Below are positions 10,530 through 20,762 of a stretch of 64,000 bases of DNA, one piece after another; positions within the stretch are counted from its first letter, which is position 1; the number at the start of each line of letters is the position of its first letter. A program made the translations under genes and the position numbers. Where the stretch lies: the sequence record SRR31156797_2770. The stretch is one strand, 5' to 3'. A model generated the notes under the pieces. It worked only from the letters and a program-made list of their open reading frames with translations. It ran no database searches and was not told the origin of the DNA.

Positions 10530-10799
10530 ATGCACATAGACAAATTATATTTCTCCACCTTTATTTATAAAATGAGCTGCTTAGAATTTACTTACTCTCT
10601 CATTCAATCCAATGAGAAAAATGCCGATTTATCAGAGGAAGAACAAGCAGAAATTGAATGGATCATCGACTCTGCTCTCCATCGAAAACTCTACGCCTCT
10701 CGCAAAAAGAGTCTTTTTTCCTCAAAAATAAAATTATCGAAAGAAAGTTATTCTTTGTATTTGCGAATGAAGAAATACGAACATATGATAGACCTCTAA
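10530..10799 (+). CDS. Hypothetical protein, 89 aa
   Basis: AAAGGGTGA RBS; TTGTTA-17-TATGAT promoter upstream. Confidence 0.65.
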   Translation: MHIDKLYFSTFIYKMSCLEFTYSLIQSNEKNADLSEEEQAEIEWIIDSALHRKLYASRKKSLFSSKIKLSKESYSLYLRMKKYEHMIDL

Positions 10800-10968
10800 C
10801 CGTTAAAACACATAAAAAACCTCATTCCTTTAGACAGTTACTCAGAAGGATACCCATTCCATCTTTTTTAATAGAAAAACATCATTCGGTGAATTGGAAA
10901 TAGCAAAACTTGCCTTTTTCGTATAAAATCAAAAAGAACACGAAAGACTCAGAAAGGAAGTTTTTGTC

Positions 10969-12420
10969 ATGGATGGGATGATGAAAAAAATCATTACCGA
11001 GAAGGATTTATTACGTCAGATCCTTCTCTTGGAACAACTGGCGAATCACAAAATGATCACTGCCAAGCAACTAGCAAAATTGATCGATACGACGGAACGA
11101 ACGGTTTTTTCTGATATAACCTATATTCGTCAACAATTACCCGAAGGTTGGCAGATTGAAGCCGCCAGTAATGGCTTTGCTTTGACCTATGATGGGCCAT
11201 TGTTGATGAGTCAGCTATGGGAAACGTTTTTCCCTCAATCAATCGGTGTTTCTTTAATGAAAGCATTGCTTTTTTCCAGCGAACTTAGCACGCAAGAAAT
11301 TCTTGGCCAAGCGGGAACTTCCTATGAAACTTTGCGGCGGCATATTACAAAATTAAATAAAAGTTTGACGGATTTTTCCTTACGGATTCGCATCACAAAT
11401 CGCGTGATCCGCTTTGAAGGAAGTGAGATCAATATTCGGGTCTTTTTCCATCGACTTTTACTGCCTTATACCCATAACAATTACTTTTTTGAGGAATATA
11501 CAATTCATGAGTCCCACTATCAACATTTTTTACAGCGTCTGGGCAAAGATAAACTCCAAATCGACGTAGAACAAATCTTCGGTACTTGCTGGTTTTTTAT
11601 CAATACAATCCGTATCAAGGCCAATTGCCGCATTGATTCCTTCGAATTTAATGGGGATGATCCCCTCTACGGTCTTTTCCAACAGCCATTAAGTTATCTC
11701 TACCAAAAAGAAGGCGTATATTTAGAATGCAGCGAACACTTCTTTAGCTTCTACTGTTTTTTAGAAAGCTGGAACTACAATAACGATTGGTCCCAAACGA
11801 TTCAAGCGACTCTTGAAACGTATCAAACCATTCACGATAAAACGACCCATTTTGTCGAACAATTAGCCCGCTCGTTGCAGCTACCTCTCGCTAGCGGGAC
11901 GCAGCTGATTGAGAATCTGTTGCTGCTCTTGATCAAAACGCAAGAGTCTGCCAAACTCTCAGAATGGTTTGGGTTAGAATTTCACGAGATCCAGCGCTTG
12001 AATCAGCCCTATTCGCTACCGATAGAAGCAACGATCCATGACTTTTTAGAAGAACAGACAAACAGTCAAAGGGAAACGAGTTTTCCTTTATGGTCAACCA
12101 CCACCTTGTTGATCCAACAGGCTATTTTACAAATCAACCCTATCCGGGCAAAGGGATACTTTATCTTTCAAGGGGAGCCAGCATGGAAAGCTTACCTTAT
12201 GCAAGAATTGAATGACTTTCTCGGAGCACGTATTCTACTATCGGCGATCGAACCAGGTCAACTAGAAGGGCTATCGGCAACCGACGTTGATTTTGTTTTG
12301 TCAAACTTCCCATTAGATGATGCCCCTGTCCCAGTCTTTTATTTATCGATGGTACCGACCAAAAATGAGCTCAATCAAGTGACTGAGCTCATTCAAACCT
12401 ATTATTTAAGTTATCACTAG
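10969..12420 (+). CDS. mafR: Mga/AtxA-family transcriptional activator, MafR-like
   Basis: Two N-terminal HTHs, a PRD-like middle and an EIIB-like C-terminus. ITEKDLLRQI, TTERTVFSD, HNNYFF and FCFLESWNY match my recollection of E. faecalis MafR; the adjacent P-type ATPase matches its context. Confidence 0.8.
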   Translation: MDGMMKKIITEKDLLRQILLLEQLANHKMITAKQLAKLIDTTERTVFSDITYIRQQLPEGWQIEAASNGFALTYDGPLLMSQLWETFFPQSIGVSLMKALLFSSELSTQEILGQAGTSYETLRRHITKLNKSLTDFSLRIRITNRVIRFEGSEINIRVFFHRLLLPYTHNNYFFEEYTIHESHYQHFLQRLGKDKLQIDVEQIFGTCWFFINTIRIKANCRIDSFEFNGDDPLYGLFQQPLSYLYQKEGVYLECSEHFFSFYCFLESWNYNNDWSQTIQATLETYQTIHDKTTHFVEQLARSLQLPLASGTQLIENLLLLLIKTQESAKLSEWFGLEFHEIQRLNQPYSLPIEATIHDFLEEQTNSQRETSFPLWSTTTLLIQQAILQINPIRAKGYFIFQGEPAWKAYLMQELNDFLGARILLSAIEPGQLEGLSATDVDFVLSNFPLDDAPVPVFYLSMVPTKNELNQVTELIQTYYLSYH

Positions 12421-12436
12421 AATCATCAAGCTGCCT

Positions 12437-15001
12437 TTATTGTTTCACTGGGGCAGCTTTTTGACGTCCTTGCAGCTTGTTTGTAATAAATTTCTCACCT
12501 TCGACGACTGTGAAAAGAAGTGCCCCGTTGGCTGCAATACTCAACTGCTGCATCAGCGTCAAAGAACCAATCCCTAAAAGCTGGTGTCCGATAGGTGTTA
12601 GGAAAATCGCTGCCTGCAATACAATCAGTAGTGCCAGGGAGACTAAGAGTGCTTTATTGGCAAAGAGTTGGCGATTCAACGCCGGCTTTACCAGCTCACG
12701 ACAGTTCAGTAAGTAGACTGCTTGAGCAAAGACGATACTTTGCAGTAGCATGCTTTGTTGAAGGACCGTTCCTTCAAACTGAATCGCTAAGACGTAGGAA
12801 GGAATCATGATTAACAGCGAGACATAGAAGATGCGGAACAGACTGTACCAAGATAAGATACCTTCTTTGATTGGCCGTGGTGGTCGATTCATGACATCCG
12901 CACTTGCCTTCTCAAAACCGAGTGCGTAAGAAAGCGTGATGGTTGTCACCATATTTACCCATAAAATTTGTACAGGTGTCAGTGGCAGTGGTCGGTTCAA
13001 CAAGAGTGCCGCAATAACGATCAATCCTTGTGCAACAGCCGTTGGTAAGAAGAAGTTGATGGTTTTCTTCAAATTATCGTAGATCCGTCGACCCACTCGG
13101 ACGGCATTGGCGATCGTATGAAAATTATCGTCTGCCAAAACCATATCGGCTGCTTGCTTGGTTACTTCACTGCCTTTGATCCCCATAGCGATCCCAATGT
13201 CGGCTTTTTTCAGCGCTGGTGCATCGTTTACACCATCGCCGGTCATTCCGACAATCTCTTCATTCGCCTGCAAAGCACTAACGATCCGTAATTTATGCTC
13301 TGGGGTCGTTCGAGCAAAGATATCTGTCTTTTGGACTGCTTGCTGCAACACCTCCTCAGACAGCAGATCGATTTCCAGCCCTTCCAACACGTGATTCGTG
13401 TGCTTCAATCCAATTTGCTTGCCGATGGCTTGAGCGGTCTTGCCATGATCTCCTGTGATCATTTTGACTTGGATGCCCGCTTGCAAGCACTCTTTTACTG
13501 CTTTGATGGCACTGTCTTTCGGAGGATCAATGATGCCAGCGATCCCAACAAAGGTTAAATTGATGAGTGCTTCGTGGGACAAGGACTCCTGTGCCGACAG
13601 CGTCAGATGCGCAAAGCCGATCAGTCGCTGCCCTTTCGCTGCTAATTTTGCACTTTCATCTAACCACCATTGCTTTTGATCTGAAGTCAGTTGGCTTTTC
13701 TCAAGCAACACTTCGGGCGCACCCTTGACAAACACTACCGAGTCATTCGGCTCTTCTTGATTTTGATGGCGTGTTGCCATGTACTTGTAAGAGGAACTAA
13801 AAGGAATTTTATCGACTGTTTTACGCAATGGTTGCTGCGCTAATTCTGCGTATTGTAACAAGGCTTTTTCGGTTGGGTTTCCAACGAGTTCAGCCGCCTT
13901 TTGTCCTTCGTCTTGCTTCAAATCTTGACAATTTGCCATGATATCAAGCACCGTTGCTTTATCCACGTTTGACTCAACTAAGACATCGACGACCGTCATT
14001 TCATTTTTGGTCAAGGTTCCTGTTTTGTCTGAACAAATCACCGTCATGGCACCTAGTGTCTCCACTGATGGCATCGTTTTGATGATTGCTTGCTCCTCAG
14101 ACATTTCCTTGACACCCATCGATAAAATCATGGTCAGCACGGCTGGCAAGCCCTCAGGAATCATTGCTACAACTAATGCGATACCTGATGAGAACAAGAG
14201 ATCAAGATCAAAGCCGTAGCGGAAGGTAGTAAAGAAGATCAAGAAAATCACTAATCCGATAATGCCTTTAAAGATTTGGTGATTCAATTGCTTCATTTTT
14301 TTGATCAACGGGGTTTCTTGCGCTTTCACAGACTGAATTGCTTGATTGATCTGGCCGATTTGTGTATCGTCTCCTGTTTCAACGACGATCCCGCTGGCAG
14401 TTCCGCTTTCTACATGGGTACCAGAAAACGCCATGTTCCGCTGGTCACCAATCGTACTTTCTTGAGTAATGGGTTCGGTCATTTTTTGAACTGGCTCAGA
14501 TTCGCCGGTTAAGATAGACTCTTCAATCACAAGATCATGGGTTTCGATCAAGCGCATATCTGCTGGTACGACATCTCCTGGTCCTAAAACGACTAAATCT
14601 CCGTTTACTAAGGAAGAAACAGCAATTTTCTTCTTGCGGCCATGAACATAAATTGTTGCTTCTTGCCCCATGAATTGCTTCAACCCATCCAGTGACTCTT
14701 GGGCTTTACGCTCTTGCCAGTAGCCGACTAATCCATTGATGACGACGACCGCCATAATAATGCCGCTTTCGATATAATCACCCGAAACCCCTTTTAAGAC
14801 GGCTGCGACGATTAAGACCAACATCAGTAAGTCTGTAAAATGCTTGCCGACTTTCTTCCATGTAGGGATCTGCGCAGCCTCAGTAATTTTATTTTCACCT
14901 TGCTTTGCTAAACGCTGGTTGCGTTCTTCGGAGGAAAGGCCCTGCCGTGTTGTTTGCAACGTATGTAATAGTTCTTCTGTTGTGTTTTTGTACCAATTCA
15001 T
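12437..15001 (-). CDS. Cation-transporting P-type ATPase (type IIA, Ca2+-like)
   Basis: TGES, IPEGLP, DKTGTLT, KGAPE and GDGVNDAPALKKAD motifs. Confidence 0.95.
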   Translation of the reverse strand: MNWYKNTTEELLHTLQTTRQGLSSEERNQRLAKQGENKITEAAQIPTWKKVGKHFTDLLMLVLIVAAVLKGVSGDYIESGIIMAVVVINGLVGYWQERKAQESLDGLKQFMGQEATIYVHGRKKKIAVSSLVNGDLVVLGPGDVVPADMRLIETHDLVIEESILTGESEPVQKMTEPITQESTIGDQRNMAFSGTHVESGTASGIVVETGDDTQIGQINQAIQSVKAQETPLIKKMKQLNHQIFKGIIGLVIFLIFFTTFRYGFDLDLLFSSGIALVVAMIPEGLPAVLTMILSMGVKEMSEEQAIIKTMPSVETLGAMTVICSDKTGTLTKNEMTVVDVLVESNVDKATVLDIMANCQDLKQDEGQKAAELVGNPTEKALLQYAELAQQPLRKTVDKIPFSSSYKYMATRHQNQEEPNDSVVFVKGAPEVLLEKSQLTSDQKQWWLDESAKLAAKGQRLIGFAHLTLSAQESLSHEALINLTFVGIAGIIDPPKDSAIKAVKECLQAGIQVKMITGDHGKTAQAIGKQIGLKHTNHVLEGLEIDLLSEEVLQQAVQKTDIFARTTPEHKLRIVSALQANEEIVGMTGDGVNDAPALKKADIGIAMGIKGSEVTKQAADMVLADDNFHTIANAVRVGRRIYDNLKKTINFFLPTAVAQGLIVIAALLLNRPLPLTPVQILWVNMVTTITLSYALGFEKASADVMNRPPRPIKEGILSWYSLFRIFYVSLLIMIPSYVLAIQFEGTVLQQSMLLQSIVFAQAVYLLNCRELVKPALNRQLFANKALLVSLALLIVLQAAIFLTPIGHQLLGIGSLTLMQQLSIAANGALLFTVVEGEKFITNKLQGRQKAAPVKQ

Positions 15002-15270
15002 ATTTTTTTCCTCCTTGTTTATTTATTTGATCTGAACATAGTATAAGACATTAAAACCATAAAATTCTGGCGATAATTTCAGTGGAGCCTGAAAAAAATG
15101 AGTGTTTTTATTAAAGGGGAAGGGCGGCTTCGTCCCGTGGTTTCACAAAACCAACAGAAAACGTTTGTTGATTGTTTTTGCAGGTGTAATCAAGTAAACT
15201 AAGACACACCCAATCAATTGCTATCTGTCCCCATCATCCAAAGGTAAGATAGAAGAAAGGAGCCAAATTA

Positions 15271-15609
15271 ATGGCAATCTATACCGATACAAAAATCGCG
15301 CAAGGACCTTTTCTTTTCATTTCTGGTCAAACGCCGTCACAAGACGGAGCCACACCTGAGGACCCGCAAGAGCAAACAGCCATCGTTTTGAAGAAAATCG
15401 AAGAGCATTTATCAGCCAATCAACTGTCTTGGTCATCAGTGGTCAAAATGACCGTCTTTTTAACGGATGCTGCTTACTTAGCTGCTGTCCGTACGGCATT
15501 CACAACCATTTTGGCAGAAAACAAACCGGCCATGAGTCTCGTCATCGTTGCCGGCTTGGTTGCCCCTGAATTTAAAGTGGAGATTGAAGCACAAGCCACC
15601 TTGGCTTAA
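15271..15609 (+). CDS. RidA/YjgF family protein
   Basis: LFISGQTP, VVKMTVFL and VEIEA motifs. Confidence 0.9.
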   Translation: MAIYTDTKIAQGPFLFISGQTPSQDGATPEDPQEQTAIVLKKIEEHLSANQLSWSSVVKMTVFLTDAAYLAAVRTAFTTILAENKPAMSLVIVAGLVAPEFKVEIEAQATLA

Positions 15610-15617
15610 AAAGGCGC

Positions 15618-15673
15618 AACACCAAAAAACTTCGTACTGGCGATTGCCTTCCCTACGAAGTTTTTTGGTGTTT
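15618..15673. terminator. Bidirectional terminator between convergent genes
   Basis: AACACCAAAAAACTTCGTA/TACGAAGTTTTTTGGTGTT inverted repeat. Confidence 0.75.
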
Positions 15674-15678
15674 GCTTC

Positions 15679-16845
15679 TTATTTGGTTGGAAAATCAGTG
15701 ACTTCTGAAGGAGCTGATCCGGTCTTTTTTTGCCACTGCTCCACAAAGCCGGCGATGGCTTGAGCAATCTGTTGAGCATTAATCAAGGTTCGCTTTTTTT
15801 CCATCGCTTCTGCCAAGGAAACTGGTCCTTGTTGGATACTGAAGACTGTTGGAAGCAATTGCGACAGTTCACCGAGACGTTCGGTTCGGGAGCCACAGAT
15901 TGCAACAATTGGGAGTTGGCGTTTTTGAGCGATCAAAGCGACACCGTAGGGTACTTTCCCCCTAGCTGTTTGGCCATCGATACGACCTTCACCGGTGATC
16001 AATAAGTCTGCTCCTTTGATTTTTTCCTCAAATCCAATCAAGGAAGCAATCGTCGAAAATCCCGGAACCAACTGACCACCTGCCAAATAAACCGCACCAC
16101 CAAGGCCCCCAGCTGCACCAGAACCAGGGACTTCCAAATCGATCCCCGTGGTCCGCTTGATGTGTTCAGCCAAACGCTTTGCTTGTTGATCCAACTGCTG
16201 GATCGTTTCTTTGGTTGCCCCTTTCTGTGAACCAAAAACTGACGCAAATCCTTGTTCACCTGAATAAGGATTTGTTACATCGGCTAAAGCAAACAGGTCA
16301 ATTTGTGCAAGCAGAGGGTTCAACTGGCTGAGCTCCAGAGATTCTGCCTGCAGCAAAGGATTGTTTTCCATTCGCTCGTTTCTTTGAATGGTTGCTCCTA
16401 ACGCAAGTAAAAAGCCTACGCCCCCATCAGAAGTGCCGCTACCGCCAAGGGTCAGGTAAATCTTTTTCACTCCTTGTCTGCAAGCTGCTAAGACCATTTG
16501 GCCTAAACCAAAAGAAGAGCTATTGCGGGTGGTCTCGTCACTAGGTTCCACGAGTTGCAATCCGATCACTTCCGCAGATTCAATCAAAGCGATTTTTTCT
16601 TCATTGATTTTTGTGACCAACATACGGGCTTGCAACTTACCACCTAATGGGTCGGTCACTGGAACCGTTTCGTAATTGCCTCCAAACGCAGCAAAGACTG
16701 CTGCTATTGAGCCTTCTCCCCCATCAGCGATGGGAATACTACATTTTTCCCACTGGTCTGAAAACCCGCTTAAGACCGCTTGATTTAATTCTGCGGAAGT
16801 GGCGCTTCCTTTGAAGGAATCAATCGCTGCTACAATTTTCATCAT
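15679..16845 (-). CDS. Glycerate kinase (GlxK/GarK family)
   Basis: DSFKGS, ADGGEG, GGSGTSDGG, GAAGGLG and TGEGRIDGQT motifs. Confidence 0.93.
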   Translation of the reverse strand: MMKIVAAIDSFKGSATSAELNQAVLSGFSDQWEKCSIPIADGGEGSIAAVFAAFGGNYETVPVTDPLGGKLQARMLVTKINEEKIALIESAEVIGLQLVEPSDETTRNSSSFGLGQMVLAACRQGVKKIYLTLGGSGTSDGGVGFLLALGATIQRNERMENNPLLQAESLELSQLNPLLAQIDLFALADVTNPYSGEQGFASVFGSQKGATKETIQQLDQQAKRLAEHIKRTTGIDLEVPGSGAAGGLGGAVYLAGGQLVPGFSTIASLIGFEEKIKGADLLITGEGRIDGQTARGKVPYGVALIAQKRQLPIVAICGSRTERLGELSQLLPTVFSIQQGPVSLAEAMEKKRTLINAQQIAQAIAGFVEQWQKKTGSAPSEVTDFPTK

Positions 16846-17012
16846 TCTGCCTCTCCTTCTAGATCATCTCTTTGTCAGAGATGGGGGCACCTACGTTAAT
16901 AATCAACCTATGGTTAATCAAATCAACCAAAAGTTAACTAGTAATCCATTGTAAGTTATCCCTTCTCCTCTTATGATAGAAGTATATCAAACAAACCTAT
17001 CGGAGGTGTACT

Positions 17013-18203
17013 ATGGACTTACCAATTGGCGAGGAAATCGCCCGGAGAAGAAAACACAGAGGCGTTACGCAGCAAGAATTAGCAGCATTTATGAACGTGT
17101 CAAAAGCATCCGTTTCAAAATGGGAAACGGGACAGACGTATCCAGATATCACTTCACTGCCCTTATTAGCGGCGTATTTTGATTGCAGCGTCGATGAATT
17201 ATTGATTTTAGATTCGCAGCTATCACCTAAAGAGATCCAGCGAATCTACCAATTATTAAAAGACGCCTTCCAAACAAAAACACCAACGGAAGTTCTCGCT
17301 CTTGCTCAAAGTTTTACCAAACGGTATTACTCTTGTTATCCATTCTTATTACAAATGGGGTCCTTTTACTTGAATCATTGGGATCTGTTGCCGGATGTCC
17401 CCGTAGAAGGCGTCCCGAAAGGGCAAACTTACGAAGACGCTTTGATGGAAGCAAAGAAAAATACCTATTTGAAGGAAGCAGAAACCCTGTACCAACGGAT
17501 CATGGACCAAGGAGACAGTGAGCTGGCACAACAAGCGAAACAGATCGATGCTTATTGTCTTCTGATGAGAAACAAGCCAGAAGAAGTCTTGGCGATCCTT
17601 GGCACGAAAACTCTCTCTTTTTTACCTAGCGAACCGTTGATTGCCGCAGCATTTCAGCAAAACAATCAGTTGCAACAAGCTGAGATCGTTACGCAAAGTG
17701 CGATTTACCAGTACTTAATTATTTTTATGAGTTTGCTAACGAATTATTTAGCAATGCTCACACAAGACGAGGAGCAACTGGAAAAAACCTATGCACGTGG
17801 ACTGGCACTCAGCGAGAGCTTCCAACTGGCCGAATTGCATCCCCTCTCTTTACTGAATTTTCTAGCCGCTGGGATGGTTTCGTTTGCTGCTTTAGGAAAA
17901 GAAAGCTTATTGTTACAAGCATTAACGCTGTATGTCAAAACATTAGAAGCTACTCCAGAGGAAATCGTTTTGAAAGGAGATGATTATTTCAACAGCATCG
18001 ATGAGTGGATCAGTGAATTAGAATTAGGGAGTCAGATCCCGCGTAACTCAGGTAGTGTCAAAAAACAATTTCTTGCAATAGCACAGCTGACACCCTTGTT
18101 TGAACCGTATCAAGAAAAACCCCCATTTAAAGAGTTGTTTCAGCGCTTGAGCAATCTGGCTGAACAAGTATCTAATTCGCAAAGGAGTGACTCACATGAA
18201 TAG
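17013..18203 (+). CDS. XRE-family HTH regulator with a long helical C-terminal domain
   Basis: TQQELAAFMNVSKASVSKWETGQTYPD HTH; GGAGGT RBS. Confidence 0.88.
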   Translation: MDLPIGEEIARRRKHRGVTQQELAAFMNVSKASVSKWETGQTYPDITSLPLLAAYFDCSVDELLILDSQLSPKEIQRIYQLLKDAFQTKTPTEVLALAQSFTKRYYSCYPFLLQMGSFYLNHWDLLPDVPVEGVPKGQTYEDALMEAKKNTYLKEAETLYQRIMDQGDSELAQQAKQIDAYCLLMRNKPEEVLAILGTKTLSFLPSEPLIAAAFQQNNQLQQAEIVTQSAIYQYLIIFMSLLTNYLAMLTQDEEQLEKTYARGLALSESFQLAELHPLSLLNFLAAGMVSFAALGKESLLLQALTLYVKTLEATPEEIVLKGDDYFNSIDEWISELELGSQIPRNSGSVKKQFLAIAQLTPLFEPYQEKPPFKELFQRLSNLAEQVSNSQRSDSHE

Positions 18204-18423
18204 TTTTTCACTAAACGTACCAGAAAATATATCTGATTATTTGCCCATACTGATCCCTCTGATTCTTTTGCAATTGATCTTGATCGTTTTGGCAGTTCGA
18301 GATATTTTAAAACAAGAACAATTTAAGTTCGGCTCTCGTATTCTTTGGCTCTTCATCGCCTGTTTTGTTAGCCTGATCGGTCCTATCCTTTATTTTGCTT
18401 TTGGAAAAGGGGATCAACAATGA
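18196..18423 (+). CDS. PLDc N-terminal-domain small membrane protein (YxlE-like)
   Basis: Two TM segments and the IGPILYFAFGK motif; overlaps both neighbours. Confidence 0.8.
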   Translation: MNSFSLNVPENISDYLPILIPLILLQLILIVLAVRDILKQEQFKFGSRILWLFIACFVSLIGPILYFAFGKGDQQ

Positions 18424-19331
18424 AGATGATCGAGATCAATCACTTATCCAAACGTTTTGGGCATAAACAAGTGCTACAAGACCTATCCTTTTCGGTCCCC
18501 AAAGGGAGTGTCGTGGGATTTGTAGGGGAAAACGGCGCCGGCAAAACAACCACCATGAAAGCGATTTTAGGGTTACTCCCTATTGATGAAGGCGAAATCA
18601 CTGTCTGTGGCGAACCAGTACAATTTGGCTCAACCAAGACCAATCGCTGGATCGGCTATTTACCAGATTTGCCGCAGTTTTACTCTTTTATGACAGCTGT
18701 AGAATATTTGACTTTCTGCGGAAAAATTCAGCCAAATAAAGAATCTTTTCAGCCTCAGCGAGTGATGGAAGTCTTAGAGTTGGTAGGCCTGAAAGCTTCG
18801 AAACAAAAAATCGCTGGCTTTTCTCGCGGCATGAAGCAACGTCTAGGGTTAGCCCAAGCTCTGATCAACCGCCCCGCCATCTTGATTTGTGATGAACCAA
18901 CATCCGCACTAGACCCTCTAGGACGCAAAGCATTTCTTGATGTATTGGAAAAAATCAAAGAAGAAACGACAGTGCTTTTTTCCTCTCATATTCTCGCAGA
19001 TGTCGAACAGCTGTCAGATTATATTGCGATTTTGCACAAAGGTCAGATCCGTGCGTTCGAAACGATGGATTCCTTAAAAAACCGTTATCGAAAAACCGTC
19101 TTTGGGATTGTCTTTACCGACGAAGGTGACCATTTAAAATTTGCCAAAGTGTTAGCAATCCACGGCATATCGGCAAAAAGAAAGAACAATCAATTACTGA
19201 TCGATGAACAAACTGGAACCAATATCGGTTCACAGCTGCTACAATTGCTGAACGAACAACACATTGTCCCAGAATCCTTTCAAAGAATCGAACCATCGTT
19301 AGAGTCGATTTATTTGGAGGTGATCAAATGA
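18420..19331 (+). CDS. ABC transporter ATP-binding protein
   Basis: GENGAGKTT, FSRGMKQR and DEPTSALD motifs. Confidence 0.95.
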   Translation: MKMIEINHLSKRFGHKQVLQDLSFSVPKGSVVGFVGENGAGKTTTMKAILGLLPIDEGEITVCGEPVQFGSTKTNRWIGYLPDLPQFYSFMTAVEYLTFCGKIQPNKESFQPQRVMEVLELVGLKASKQKIAGFSRGMKQRLGLAQALINRPAILICDEPTSALDPLGRKAFLDVLEKIKEETTVLFSSHILADVEQLSDYIAILHKGQIRAFETMDSLKNRYRKTVFGIVFTDEGDHLKFAKVLAIHGISAKRKNNQLLIDEQTGTNIGSQLLQLLNEQHIVPESFQRIEPSLESIYLEVIK

Positions 19332-20092
19332 ATGCGTTTCTTGTTTTCTTAAAGAAAGAGTTTCTCGGCGGTCTTCGCAGCAAAAAACTACTGATTTGCT
19401 TGATCCTGTTTGCCCTGATTGGTATGCTTTCTCCCTTTACTGCCAAAATCATGCCAGATCTGATGGCCAGTATGATGCCGGAATCGATTGAAATCACGAT
19501 TGCTGATCCGACATCGATCGATGCGTGGCTTCAGTTTTACAGCAACATCGGCACGATTGGCCTGCTAGTATTTGTGATTCTTTTTACCGATACGCTCTCA
19601 GCCGAAATAAATCAGGGTACCTTTATTCAGCTGATCACCAGAGGCTTACCAAAAACCACGATCGTCATAGCAAAAGCTTGCTATTTAATGATTCTTTGGT
19701 CTTTGAGTTACCTCCTAAGTGCCAGTGTCAGTGCTTTTTATACGATGATTTATTTCGATGATTCCAGTGCTGCTCAAGTCCCTAGCGCTTTGGTCAGCTA
19801 TTGGCTTTTCGGTTTACTAGCAATCAGCATCCTGCTGCTAGGTTCCAGCTTTGCTAAAAGTATCTATCAAGGTTTGTTGTTTATTGGCGTCTGTTATCTG
19901 ATGGGCATGTTAGGCAACCTATGGAGTCAAGTAACAAACTGGAATCCATATTCCCTTTCCAGCCAATTTCCTAACTACTTAACCGACCAAATCAAACTAG
20001 GGGAACTGCTGCCAGCACTGTTGTTAACTTGCTTTTTGATCATCGCTTGTTTGACTGGTTCCATAGCTGTTCTAAGAAAAAGAAAATATTAA
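19328..20092 (+). CDS. ABC-2 type permease (YxlG-like)
   Basis: About 6 TM segments; E-x3-GT loop motif; 4-nt overlap with the ATPase gene. Confidence 0.88.
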   Translation: MNAFLVFLKKEFLGGLRSKKLLICLILFALIGMLSPFTAKIMPDLMASMMPESIEITIADPTSIDAWLQFYSNIGTIGLLVFVILFTDTLSAEINQGTFIQLITRGLPKTTIVIAKACYLMILWSLSYLLSASVSAFYTMIYFDDSSAAQVPSALVSYWLFGLLAISILLLGSSFAKSIYQGLLFIGVCYLMGMLGNLWSQVTNWNPYSLSSQFPNYLTDQIKLGELLPALLLTCFLIIACLTGSIAVLRKRKY

Positions 20093-20127
20093 AAAACATC
20101 GGTGCAGATTTTTTGCACCGATGTTTT
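20093..20127. terminator. Bidirectional terminator
   Basis: AAAACATCGGTGCA/TGCACCGATGTTTT perfect inverted repeat. Confidence 0.8.
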
Positions 20128-20144
20128 GCTTCTGATATGTTACT

Positions 20145-20762
20145 CTATTTTGCTGTTCCTTGGACTTTCACAGATTTCTTGGCCTGCATTTTTTGTTCGA
20201 TTCTCATGAAGAGCCGCATGAAGAAGGCAATCAAGTAGATTGAAAAGGCAGAAATAAGTGCTTCTTGCCAAGAAAAGATCAGAAGGTTCAATAAGATGAT
20301 GATCAAATTGGTCAAGAAAACCCCACTAGATCTGCGAATGCCATAGTATTTTTCCAAAATTAGTGGCGGAATCGTCACGCCGCCATTAGACGCACCAATT
20401 TTGTAGAGCGAAAAGATGCCGAAGCTAAAGAAGAAACTACCTAAAATCAATGAGATGGAATAAAAGCGCAGCAGCATAATTTCTGGTAAAAGTGCTAGAA
20501 GAACGGGAAATGCCAAACTACCGATAACTGTATTGACAAAGACCTCTCGTTTCAAAAGTAAAAACGCAAGGGCCAGCATCAATAAATTTATACCCCAGAC
20601 AACGATATGGCGATTGATCGACCAGCCAGTTTCGATGAGGTAGCCAATCGACCCGACACCGGCAGAAGCAATGCTGTGAGGTAAAAGGAAGAAGTTTAAT
20701 GCGATGCAGATCCATAGCACCCCAAGCAATAAAGCAAGATTTTTTTTGATAAGTGTTTCCAT
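20145..20762 (-). CDS. YitT family membrane protein (short form, no C-terminal soluble domain)
   Basis: FLLPHSIASAGV and GASNGG motifs; multiple TM segments. Confidence 0.82.
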   Translation of the reverse strand: METLIKKNLALLLGVLWICIALNFFLLPHSIASAGVGSIGYLIETGWSINRHIVVWGINLLMLALAFLLLKREVFVNTVIGSLAFPVLLALLPEIMLLRFYSISLILGSFFFSFGIFSLYKIGASNGGVTIPPLILEKYYGIRRSSGVFLTNLIIILLNLLIFSWQEALISAFSIYLIAFFMRLFMRIEQKMQAKKSVKVQGTAK

